A stretch of DNA of 64,000 bases from an uncultured Hormoscilla sp. (GTDB lineage: Bacteria; Cyanobacteriota; Cyanobacteriia; Cyanobacteriales; Desertifilaceae): NCBI GenBank assembly GCA_963921275.4, contig OZ001293.3:2592001-2656000 (forward strand), given 5' to 3'. Below, piece after piece: positions 11,791 to 21,903 of the stretch. The notes beneath the pieces are model-generated. The model was not told where the DNA came from, did no database searches, and worked only from the letters and a program-made list of their open reading frames with translations. Numbering within the stretch: the stretch's first letter is position 1; each line of letters begins with the position of its first letter. A program made the position numbers and the translations under genes.

Positions 11791-13720
11791 TTACGTTTTC
11801 TCTGCTTTCGCAGCGTACTTAAACTTGGCACCACAAGCTACACGAGTACGCCGAAGAGCCGCCGCACTCCACAACTCCCATGCCAGATCGGACAAACTTT
11901 GGCCATCCGCCTGCAGCATCCGCGAGATCATGCCAATTTTGCTGAAAGATCCATACAAACTCGCCTCCAGCATATAGGGCTCATCTGTCTCGGCATGCAC
12001 TCGGAAGTCATACAGGGAGCATTCGCGACAGCCCAAAGCTATATGTGCCCGCTTCACTGCATCAGAGATTTTCTCCCATAAAGAAGGCGTGACCTTAGCC
12101 GGACACACTGGCTTCACTGCTGGCTTGTCAGGTTGTTTCCTCGGCAGTCCGTCCCCTTGCAGGTCATACTTATCACGTAAAGTTCTAATGGGATTGTCGG
12201 AGGTGACTAAATACTCGATCGCTGGCAGCACCCATAACTTCCCCTCACGCTCGACTACTGCCACCCGCAGTTCCCGTCCGGGGATGTAATCTTCTACCAA
12301 CAAGGTTTCGTCATGTTCAAACCCCACCCGCAATGCTTCAACTATTTGATCTTCTTCCCAAACCAAAGTCAAGCCCAAAGAATTATCTTCCGAGTTCGGC
12401 TTAACTATAAATGGGGGCTGCATGGTCACGCTATCCCCTCGGCGCACAACTTGGGCCTTGGCGATCGGGACACCATAGGCTGATACTACGCTTCTGGTTT
12501 GAGCTTTGTTAGTTGCTAGGGCCGTACAACTAGGTGGCGACCCCACTACCGGTAGCCCGAGGATGTCCTCGAAGAGCCCACGGAAACTGGTCATCCCTGG
12601 GACACAGAACATATGCGGCACTACTACATCCACCTCCGGTAGCCCCGCGATCGCCTCTTGGAGGGGCATCTTCTCTGATGGATGGGGTCGAGCCGGGAAT
12701 CGCTTCCCGACCCTCCCTTGAGGAACCGGACTTGCGATTTTCACCGCATCCGGCTACTGGGTACTAGGCCCTTTTCATAGGTAGACTTAATAGGAATTAC
12801 TTCCGTTAGCCCTTGCCGCCTGTCTTTTCTTCCCTTTCCTGGTTTAGCGAGTGGTTGTTCTGATAACCGTTAGTATCACCATTTTCAAGTCAGTTTTACC
12901 AGTTATCCATACCTTATCCTCCACTTGCGTTTCGGATTAGTTCCGTGGCTTTTTAGGATTACTCATTCCAGCAGCTTCCTAGTATCACCGACCCACGTCA
13001 GCGCTGGCTACCCAGCATCATCTACATTACTGTAGATGTTATCCCAGGAATTACCCCGGGCATTCGCTTCTTGGGCCATCCCTCCCCCCGTGGCTTGCGC
13101 TTAACATCTAACTTGTCCTGATGGACAGCACACGAGAGGTTACTTCGTTCCCTAACAACATTTCGCGATACCTTTAGGTCCACACTATACCCCGGGAGCT
13201 ATTTGAGTACTATATTAGCCAGAGTCTAAAACTAATACTAGCTACCATTTCCTTTTTAGGCCAGCGCATATAGCCTTATTTCGCTGGTTCCTTATAACGA
13301 GGCTTGCACATGTTTGCCTGCTCTAACCTTGGATATCTTTCCTAGCGGCGTCACCGGCTTAGGCTGCCAGTTATCCTACATTTGAGTCCTCGCTTAGCAC
13401 CACGATGATGTCGCTTCGTAGCACCGAGGACCGGTGTCACCCCCGTACCTGGGGGGAGGGGAATTTAACCCCCATGCGGTCAGAGTTCCCGGCTAATGAA
13501 ACCGGGCTAGCGTTCCGTGTTTGACCACGTTAGGCTAGAACGAATCGCACAGACTATCTAAGGATGTGCCTAGCTGCCAAAGGCCATCGGGGTGTACCAC
13601 GGCGTAGTAGCTACTGACACCAACTGGTTGCACTACTTCCCTTGCGTAGATTACCGACAGGTTGTAGTAGAAGTCGGATACGCGAGAACCTGCTAGGTGC
13701 AAAACTCGCAAGCAAGGCAT
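11791..13720 (-). CDS. mysD: D-Ala-D-Ala ligase-like MAA ligase, copy 2; exons 13720-13551 and 12679-11791, 352 aa if spliced
   Basis: Paralog of copy 1. The two exons total 1059 nt in frame once the intron is removed. Confidence 0.85.
12680..13550 (-). mobile_element. ORF-less group II intron, main family, copy 2, in mysD2
   Basis: Same 871-nt sequence and same insertion codon as copy 1. Confidence 0.93.
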
Positions 13721-13771
13721 TGTTTCTGATATCATCCCCAATCTACTGTTGTACTTAATTTTTCTCAAATG

Positions 13772-15193
13772 TTAGGAATATTTTTGTTTATCTTTGCTGA
13801 AAAACTGAGCAATTCCATAAACAATCATACCTGTAGTCATTCCCGGAAGCACTTCGTACAGTATACCAGACAAGTTTAGTCCTAATTTCCATGTCAAAGC
13901 TGCCCCTATGCCCGCCACCATCATGGCGATCACCACTGGTGCCGTTACAGGTTTTTGCCAAACCCGGACTAGCAATAGCGGACCGAGACCAGAAGCTAGG
14001 GCTGACCAAGCAAAAATTACCAATGCGAATACATTATCATCTCCTGCCAACGCCATACTCAAAATTATCATTGTTACCGTCAGGGTTCCCAGTTTTGCCC
14101 ACTTGTAAGACTGGGCAATTTGAGGAAACAAATCCTGGGTTAGAGCTGCCGAACTTGACAGGATCTGAGAGTCAGCCGTAGATATCGTCGCAGCAAACAG
14201 TCCCGCTAGCATCAATCCTACCAAGATCGCTGGCAACAATTCTAGGGATAAATAGGGCAGTGCTAACTCCGGATCCCCATTAGACATTAATTCTGGTAGC
14301 ATCACTCTCGCTGTTAGTCCTACACCTATTGCACAAAAAGATGCCATCAGACCGCAGATTATTTTGATGTTGCGAGCTTTAGCTATACTATCGGCAGAGT
14401 CGATCGCCATACCTCGCACCAGGATATGAGGTTGACCTACCACCCCAAACCCTGCTGCTATCCAACCGATGAAAAAAGGCAACAGTCCTAACTGAAGGTT
14501 TTGCGGACTTAAGGAAACCAGTGCCGGGTCTATCTCGCCCAGTTTTCTCCATATTTGGACTACGCCACCGCTGCCAGCAACTGCAACTACCAGCAGCAGC
14601 AGCAAGGAACCGATCATCACCACTGATTGCGCTGCATCCGTCCAGATGGAGGCGCGGATACCTCCAGAAAAACAATAGATGACCACAATGACCGCCCCTA
14701 CTATTATACCCAAGTTGTAGTTCCACCCGAACACCGCATTTAGTGCCTTGCTACCTGCCACCAGTTGTGCTGCCGCATAGGTTCCCATCAAGGTAATAAT
14801 AATTAAAGCTGAGACCTTTGTAATCGGGCGAAACCCCTTTGTTTCTTGACCGAGTAAGGATGAGACTGTCTCGGAAGCAGTTAACTCCGATATTTGCCTT
14901 AACCGTTTGAAAACCAACCACCAAGCAATATAATCTCCTATAGCCCAGCCGATTGTCAACCATAGGGCCGAAATTCCTGCCTGGTAAGCGAAGCCTACCT
15001 CCCCGATAAACAAAAAGCCGCTTTGACCTGATGCCTGAGCCGATAGGGCCGTCAGCCAGGGATTGACATTTCTGCTAGCCAGCAGGTAATCACTCGTCGT
15101 ATTTTGCTTGCGGGTCGCAGAATATATTCCTACCATAGTAAATAATAGCAGAAAGGCGATGAATGTCACTGCGATCCCAAATTTATTATCCAT
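13772..15193 (-). CDS. Sodium:solute (PutP-like) symporter
   Basis: 473 aa, many TM segments, SSS motifs DYLLASR, GGIRASIWTD, GQPHIL.R and AATISTADSQ. Confidence 0.9.
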   Translation of the reverse strand: MDNKFGIAVTFIAFLLLFTMVGIYSATRKQNTTSDYLLASRNVNPWLTALSAQASGQSGFLFIGEVGFAYQAGISALWLTIGWAIGDYIAWWLVFKRLRQISELTASETVSSLLGQETKGFRPITKVSALIIITLMGTYAAAQLVAGSKALNAVFGWNYNLGIIVGAVIVVIYCFSGGIRASIWTDAAQSVVMIGSLLLLLVVAVAGSGGVVQIWRKLGEIDPALVSLSPQNLQLGLLPFFIGWIAAGFGVVGQPHILVRGMAIDSADSIAKARNIKIICGLMASFCAIGVGLTARVMLPELMSNGDPELALPYLSLELLPAILVGLMLAGLFAATISTADSQILSSSAALTQDLFPQIAQSYKWAKLGTLTVTMIILSMALAGDDNVFALVIFAWSALASGLGPLLLVRVWQKPVTAPVVIAMMVAGIGAALTWKLGLNLSGILYEVLPGMTTGMIVYGIAQFFSKDKQKYS

Positions 15194-15279
15194 TGTCAGT
15201 TTGTAGGGTGGGCATTGCCCACCAAGTTAGATGGCACTGACTTAAGGTTGGTGGGCGGTGCCCACCAACCTTCTGCGCC

Positions 15280-16493
15280 CTAGTCTCCGCCCAATTCTAC
15301 TAGCTTACCTATATTAAAATCAATCTTCACCCAACCTTTCAATTTTCTCATATTATTCAGCAGGAGTAATGGTATTTGCCAGTGGTGGACCATCAAAAAC
15401 GGCAAGGGGTCATTCACCTGGAAGATCCCATCCGTTCCCTTGATTATCTTATTAAACCACCCCTTGAGTTGCCCCCAAGATCTAATTCCCGTCAGTCGCC
15501 AGAGTTCGTGATATGTCCAATAGGTAGGTTTACTCTCAGGAAGTGGCTCAATGGGCGGTTTCCGATCGTCCTTGCTATCCTGAATATATGCATCCGCGAC
15601 CCCAGGATGATTGTAAAACATGGTGATTGCCGTGTGGGTGCGCGGGTTACATTCTACTGGATAAACTTTCCCATCTTTCGTCTGAATAACATCTAAAGAA
15701 ATTTGTCCTGTCAGGTTTAATGCCTTGACAAACTGCTGCACCCATTGGAAAATATCCTGGTTATCCACTTGCTCGTAATTTACCTGAAAGGGAGAAGACC
15801 GCGAACAGCATGCAGTCTGACGATCCCCTTCCTGACCGTACTGTGGGTACAATATTCTTGTCCGCGAATAAATTCCTGCATGATCCAAGGTTGGGACTCG
15901 CTGATGGGCAATCCCTTGACAAAACTTGCCATTTCCTCTAGGCTACTCATGGGCAGTTTCGTCAGATCCAAGCGGTAAACTGAGTTATAGGCGATACTCT
16001 TAATAATGTACTGACTGCCATCGGCGGTAAAGTCAAAGTTCAGCACTTGTTCGGGGTCTGTAATCAAAAATGCTTTTGGCGCAGTTAAACCAAACTCCCT
16101 CGCCTTTTGACAAAATGTAAACTTGTTATCTAACATCTCGGTAATCTCAGCATCAAAGGTTAACGCCTCGCAGTGAGGTGATAACAATGATTTCGCGATC
16201 GAGTCGTAGTAACTGGCAACGGGACTGGATACGGGAATAAAGACATCAATCTTTTCCTGCTTGACAATATCCAATAATCCCTGACAATAGCTGTTCGGGT
16301 CAATTTCGGGTGCTGGCACGGTGAAAAATCCCTTGACCGCCCGAGAAAAGCGATGTCCTGATAACCAGTATTTATGAGTTTCTACCAGAAACACTGTATG
16401 TCCGGCTGCGTGAAAGCAACGGGCCAGTTGCAGCGCTTTTGTCATCTTACCACCCGTAATCAAGATATTTTTGGGATTTGCCGCAACCACCTT
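15280..16493 (-). pseudogene. mysC: ATP-grasp mycosporine-glycine ligase, N-terminally deleted and frameshifted
   Basis: Motifs NPKNILITGGKMTKALQLAR..ETHKYWLSGHRFSRAV..EYCTHSTV, ECNPRTH and KIDFNIGKLVELGGD. Frameshift near 15810. Confidence 0.9.
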
Positions 16494-17098
16494 TTTCTTA
16501 TCGGCATCGATAAACACCAAGTCAAAGGACTCCGAAGCATTTGCCAATTGGCGCAGGGTCTCTAAAGCCGGTGCTACCTTGACAGTAATTTTACTTCCGT
16601 GGGGGGACTCTTGGAAACAGTTTTGGCAAAGTTAGCCACATATTCATCCACCTCACAGGCAACCAGGAGTCCATCTTCTGGCAGGGCCTCTGCCATGGCC
16701 AGGGCCGAATATCCGGTGAACATGCCGATTTCCAAGATCCGTTTTGCCCCCGTCATGTGGACAAACATCTTCAGAGTTTGTCCCTCGACATGTCCCGAAA
16801 GCATCTCCTGTTCTAACTGTCGCACTAGCTCCCCATCTGAGAACCTTTTGCTCCAATCTTCTGAGGCCGTTTTGAGTGCCAATGCTGTCAAGGCGGGGGA
16901 CTCGGCAGTACTGCACTTATTCAGATAAGGTTCTATTCCTGCTGCCAGATCGTAGGCTTTTTGAACAGCAGCGGCCAGTTCTGCTGGCACCTTGGCGTCA
17001 GAGAGCATCTGCACTGCGCTGGCCAGATCTTCTACCAAGATACCCAAGGGGGTGACAGGTCTGGCTGTCTTTTCTTTCACAACCGTCGCGATCGTCAT
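16494..17098 (-). pseudogene. mysB: O-methyltransferase of 4-deoxygadusol synthesis, frameshifted and C-terminally deleted
   Basis: Motifs TARPVTPLGIL, LEQEMLSGHVEGQTLKMFVHMT and LEIGMFTGYSALAMAEALP. Frameshift near 16620; ends at FDLVFIDADKK. Confidence 0.9.
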
Positions 17099-17732
17099 GC
17101 ACTCTTCTCCCAAATTTGTTCAAAAATAGACATAAATCCTGAAATATTGAAACTACCTCTAGCTCTGACAGTCTTGACTCTCACGCTTCTTAACCCTGTT
17201 TAGAGCGGTTGGAACTCGTCTGCCCACCGGTTATAGATGACGATCGCCGGATAGAAACGGAACACGGAAGCTTTTCCCTTCTATAATTATTTCCTGGGAG
17301 TGTGGTCAAAAGTAGTTGGTTTAGTATATAATGGATATTTTCAGCGTCCAGTTGTCAAGAGGTTCTCATTAATGATATTTATTAATATTATTAAATTATT
17401 CCCAGTTATCCCTAGGCAAGATCAGTAAAAATACTCAGAAAAATATCTGGACATGGTCCCCAGGGATGTGATAGGGTTTGGCTGTTAAGCAATTGTCTAA
17501 TACCATTTTGTTAAACATCTGATAGACTTGACCGTAGCATAGATTAGAGACGGGAGCCTCCGAATAGCGCAGCGTGTTCCCAGGTTCTACCTGGGAACGA
17601 GAGAGTAGGGGTTTCTTCTCTATCAATTGTTTATGAAATTGGTATAACGTTTTTCATAGCTCTGGCGCGAGCGCGTTTTCAAGCGTGACAGCAGATTGTG
17701 ACTGAAATCTAAAGAGGAAATTTTCCGATCCG

Positions 17733-18731
17733 ATGGCAAAAGAAACATTCGACTTTGTTATTCCACTCTACCGGTTGCGTTGGAACACGCGAGCTGTTCT
17801 GGAAGGACTGACTCACCACTACAAGCCCCGGGCAATTCACATAATTGCCCCGGAAACAGAAGTGCGATCGCTCGATCCCAAGGTTAAGGAATGGCAAGTT
17901 GCTCCAGTCTATACCCACGAGGAGGAAGACTTTTTTCACAAGAGTGGTCTGACAAAGGACGCGATTTGCTCGGAACTGGATTTAGGCAAATCCCTTTATA
18001 CCTCTGGGTGGTTCTATCAGCAGCTATTAAAACTCGGTGCTTCTGAGGGCATTGATGACCTGAGTGAATGGTTCTTTGTCTGGGATAGTGACCTACTGCC
18101 AGTAGATACTTGGCCACTCATCCTCGAACATCAGCAAACTATAAAGCACGCATTTGCACTTCTTCAACACAATAAATGGGGTAATGCTCATATCGTGTCA
18201 AAGTGGGCTGAGTGGATTCGATCAGTGCTTGGGGTTGAGCCAGTTACAGACCAGGAAGGAACCTTGATTCCACATCACATGTGGTTTAAGCAGGAGTATC
18301 TGGCATCATTTAAGCAGCAAGTAAAAAACTACTTTCAATCAGACGATAGCTGGCTGCTGTTGATGATGCGCTCTGCCAATAAGTTTGAAACCTTTAGTGA
18401 ATATTGGTCCTACGTTTCCTGGGTGGCGGCGAAAGCTCCTGCTGACCTAGCCTTTCACCCCTACGAACAATACGGGGCTACCACCGAGCGATTTTTTGAT
18501 GACGGCACTGGTCTGTTTTCCACTACCCTTAAGAGCAAGCGATCGATAGAATCGGACTCAGAGTTCTTTTCTCCGACCTATGCAGAGATAGAATCGTTTA
18601 TTCAAGGAGAATACGAAGCAGATGCGCTGCCGTCATCTTTATCTTTTGAAAGTAGCCCACGACACCTTAAGAAGGACAAAAAGAACATGCATATTGAAGA
18701 GCTACGTTCTCGTTGGAACCCCCGCCAGTAG
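17733..18731 (+). CDS. DUF6492-like protein, putative GT-A-fold nucleotide-sugar transferase
   Basis: N-terminal strand FDFVIP, GWFYQQLLKL, DxD motif VWDSD and FSEYWSY. Family assigned from remembered motifs. Confidence 0.55.
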   Translation: MAKETFDFVIPLYRLRWNTRAVLEGLTHHYKPRAIHIIAPETEVRSLDPKVKEWQVAPVYTHEEEDFFHKSGLTKDAICSELDLGKSLYTSGWFYQQLLKLGASEGIDDLSEWFFVWDSDLLPVDTWPLILEHQQTIKHAFALLQHNKWGNAHIVSKWAEWIRSVLGVEPVTDQEGTLIPHHMWFKQEYLASFKQQVKNYFQSDDSWLLLMMRSANKFETFSEYWSYVSWVAAKAPADLAFHPYEQYGATTERFFDDGTGLFSTTLKSKRSIESDSEFFSPTYAEIESFIQGEYEADALPSSLSFESSPRHLKKDKKNMHIEELRSRWNPRQ

Positions 18732-18863
18732 GACGGGCGTCTCCTCTGTCCATCCCTAGGACGGGCGTCCCGCCTGTCCGGATGTGGTCAGTGGTCAGTG
18801 GCCAATGCAAGAATTTTGAATTGTTTAATAGGTGTTGTGTCAATTAGCGAGGAGGTTACTCAT

Positions 18864-19742
18864 ATGCCAGTAAAAAAACTACAGGCATTTGCCAAGTCTA
18901 TCTATCTGGAGAGGGTCTATCGTTCTATTATCAGAGAGCGGATAAAACAAATGCCGATAATTCAGGAAATGGATCGGATTAGGGAAAGTTCTCGATATCA
19001 AGACCCAAAAAGTTTAATTCCTTTTGGGTATAAGATATATTCGCAAACTGATGAAGACGGAATGATCGCAGAAATCTTCAGAAGGATTGGCTCAACAAAT
19101 AAAGTCTTTGTCGAATTTGGCATTGGGAATGGTTTGGAAAACAATACTATTTCTCTTCTATTTGATGATTGGCAAGGTTTATGGATTGAAGCCTCTTCAC
19201 GTTATGTAAAGGCAATCCGCAAGTATTTTGATCAAATCATAGAAAATGGGCAATTAAAAGTTGTGCAATCATTTATTACCAAGGATAATATCAATGACTT
19301 GATTTACGCCCAGATAAAAGATAAGGAAATCGACCTATTATCGGTTGATATTGATGGCAATGACTATCACGTTCTGAATGCAATAACCTGTATTAGACCA
19401 AGAGTAATCGCGATCGAATATAACGCCAAGTTTCGACCGCCAATTTTATATTGTATGGATTACGATGAATCATATACTTGGGAAAAAGATGATTGCGGTG
19501 GAGCTTCATTGAAGTTTCTGGAGGTAAATTTAGATAAAAAAGGTTATTGCCTTGTGGGTTGTAATATATCTGGTGTCAACGCATTTTTTGTGAGAAAAGA
19601 GCTAGTCGATGATAAATTTTTGGCTCCTTTTACTGCTGAAAATCATTATGAACCCCCAAGGTATTATTTTTCAGGATATTTCGCGGGCCATCGTTCTGCA
19701 TATAAAACCTTGGCAAAATCGCTAACCATGCGCTCCAGTTAA
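18864..19742 (+). CDS. FkbM/Methyltransf_21-like protein
   Basis: Motifs YSQTDEDG, FVEFGIGNGLENNT, DLLSVDIDGNDY, PRVIAIEYN and GVNAFFV. GAGGAGG RBS upstream. Confidence 0.6.
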   Translation: MPVKKLQAFAKSIYLERVYRSIIRERIKQMPIIQEMDRIRESSRYQDPKSLIPFGYKIYSQTDEDGMIAEIFRRIGSTNKVFVEFGIGNGLENNTISLLFDDWQGLWIEASSRYVKAIRKYFDQIIENGQLKVVQSFITKDNINDLIYAQIKDKEIDLLSVDIDGNDYHVLNAITCIRPRVIAIEYNAKFRPPILYCMDYDESYTWEKDDCGGASLKFLEVNLDKKGYCLVGCNISGVNAFFVRKELVDDKFLAPFTAENHYEPPRYYFSGYFAGHRSAYKTLAKSLTMRSS

Positions 19743-19859
19743 CTTCATTCGCTACCATTGAATACTGTAGGTTGGGTAGAGGGCCAGCGAAACCCAACAG
19801 GGCTTGCTGGTGTTGGGTTTCATGCCCAAACCCAACCTACAACTTAGCGATCGGTCTTT

Positions 19860-21224
19860 TTATTCCAGACCCAGATCGCTGAGGTACATTTCCACTCCTG
19901 CCCCACCATCGGGGAAGTTAGCACATAATGCCTTATGTTCGGATATAGCAGCTTCGAGCAATTCCTGCGGCACTTCTCGGGCATAGTCGCAGTTGCCAAT
20001 GCCGCCCCGAGGTAGGGGTGCCCACAGTCCGCCATCTCCCCGTTTGCGATTCATATTCTTCTGTCCGGAAATCATTAAATCAATGTCTTCCAGGATCGGA
20101 TGATAGACTGCCAAATCGAGGGTGCGAATCAGGGCAATGATCCGATCGCGTTCCGCAGCGGAGATCCAACCCATCATCGTGGCCAAAGTTGCCCCGAAGG
20201 CCATGCCGATGCTCACCGCGTGACCGTGCATCAGCCTCGCCGCGGGTTCATAACGGGGACTCCAAGTGTGACCGTAGGCGTGAGGCCGATCCTGATAGGT
20301 CTCGAACATGTTCGTCCCTTCGTGCTTCATATAGGAGAACAGTTCCCGGTAGATCACCTCATCGGCGATTTCCCCTAACTCTTCGTCTTCTTCAGTGGTA
20401 GCAAAGTGGGTTTCGATCAAGCGCTGACCGTATTTCTCCAGCAACTCAAAGAGAACTTTGTCATCTGTCACCGCCATCTTGATAATTTCGGCCATGCCAT
20501 TGCGGACGTGACCGGTGGGGAGGGTGCGGAATACACTCCGATCGACCAGAGTTAGCACCGGGGGATGATAAGCACCGATGCTGTTCTTGAATTGCTTGCC
20601 GTTGGTACAGGTGCGCGGTGACGGACCTGCATCAATCGCCGCGATCACCGTTGTCGGCACCATCACATAAGGAGTGCGGCGATGCTGTAAAGAACAGGCT
20701 AACCCCGCCACATCGGTGAGGACGCCACCGCCGATCACCAGCACTGGTTCGTTGCGAGACACGTCACAACCATCCTTGCCCAGGAATCCCAAAATACGGT
20801 GGACTGTTTCCGGAGTTTTGTCCGCTTCCCAGGCCCGGATCACCTGCATTTCCAGAGTAATTTCGTTGGTGTCAAAATAGCGACGCACCGACTCTCCGTA
20901 CAGCTCGTTCACGGTTTCGTCGATGACGGCAACACAGCGACCCCGACTATTATAGATTTCCGCCAGGGTGGGGTTTGACGGGTCAAATACCCCATCGACC
21001 AGCTTCACCTTGGCCGTCAGACTGTAGGTTGCAGAGACCTCGAACGATCGACCGTCCTTTCCTGGGAAGATCTGCCCTGAGCCAGTGTACCACTCTGAGG
21101 TACGATATATAGGGTCATGCTTTACCCCAATGTCCTTGTTTTCTGAGCGCTCGAACTGCTCTCTCAACTCTTCCTTGATCTTCTCTGTCAGTTCTGTTTG
21201 AGCGATTGCAGTTTGTAGACTCAT
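19860..21224 (-). CDS. mysA: Sedoheptulose-7-phosphate cyclase (demethyl-4-deoxygadusol synthase-like), divergent
   Basis: DHQS-superfamily motifs IGGGVLTDVAG, VPTT..AIDA, NGMAEIIK, AYGHTWSP and HGHAV. Lies upstream of mysB/C/D. Confidence 0.85.
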   Translation of the reverse strand: MSLQTAIAQTELTEKIKEELREQFERSENKDIGVKHDPIYRTSEWYTGSGQIFPGKDGRSFEVSATYSLTAKVKLVDGVFDPSNPTLAEIYNSRGRCVAVIDETVNELYGESVRRYFDTNEITLEMQVIRAWEADKTPETVHRILGFLGKDGCDVSRNEPVLVIGGGVLTDVAGLACSLQHRRTPYVMVPTTVIAAIDAGPSPRTCTNGKQFKNSIGAYHPPVLTLVDRSVFRTLPTGHVRNGMAEIIKMAVTDDKVLFELLEKYGQRLIETHFATTEEDEELGEIADEVIYRELFSYMKHEGTNMFETYQDRPHAYGHTWSPRYEPAARLMHGHAVSIGMAFGATLATMMGWISAAERDRIIALIRTLDLAVYHPILEDIDLMISGQKNMNRKRGDGGLWAPLPRGGIGNCDYAREVPQELLEAAISEHKALCANFPDGGAGVEMYLSDLGLE

Positions 21225-21903
21225 TATCTTTCTCTCTTTTTATTTGACACAACTGCCCGGTTCTGCCGCTTTTCGACGAACAGTGCGGCAGATTTTTGGC
21301 ATGCTTAATGGGCGATCTTCATCGCCTGAAGTAGTTGCTTTTCTGCCTCCTGTCATCCTTAGCTCATCTGACAGGGTTGACATAGCACTACCTCACGATC
21401 TACTCTCGAAGAGCGATCGCCTCAAACTTGTCTAAGTGTATCCGTCAATACACTTCCGTTGCTCGGTCTTTCTCCTGTAAGTTCTCTGTGCGAGCAACCG
21501 AGTTCTGGATACTCCTATATAGGTGTTTTACCTCTCAATATTGCTGTTGTGACTGAAAACAACTCGTCATTGTTCATCTTTGAGAGCTTCCACAACAGTA
21601 AATAGCCAGCATTTATATTTCGATCGGGGGTTAAACCTTTTTCTTTGCCAGGAACGAGCATGTCTTTCCTCTCTTTACTTTTCACCGGTTCTTGGTTTTG
21701 TTTAATCGTTATCATCCCGCATTTGGCGAGCCTTGAGCTGTCCCTATGGCAGGTCACCGTTCTCTCTCTTGTCAACCACCATTCGATCCCTCTGTATTCT
21801 TCCTACTTCTACTATAGCATATCTTGCTGCCGTTATCTACTCATCTCCAGAGAGCTCTGATTTTTTCCCTCTAGTACCTTTGGTCAGAACCCTTATCTAG
21901 TTT

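Noticed and set aside
15780..16547. Functional natural MysB-MysC fusion enzyme
   Set aside because: MysB loses its C-terminal region and both halves are frameshifted. A deletion scar is the simpler reading.
21240..21383. 47-aa minus-strand ORF just upstream of mysA as a leader peptide or lost N-terminal domain
   Set aside because: No recognisable motif; it cannot be supported without homolog comparison.
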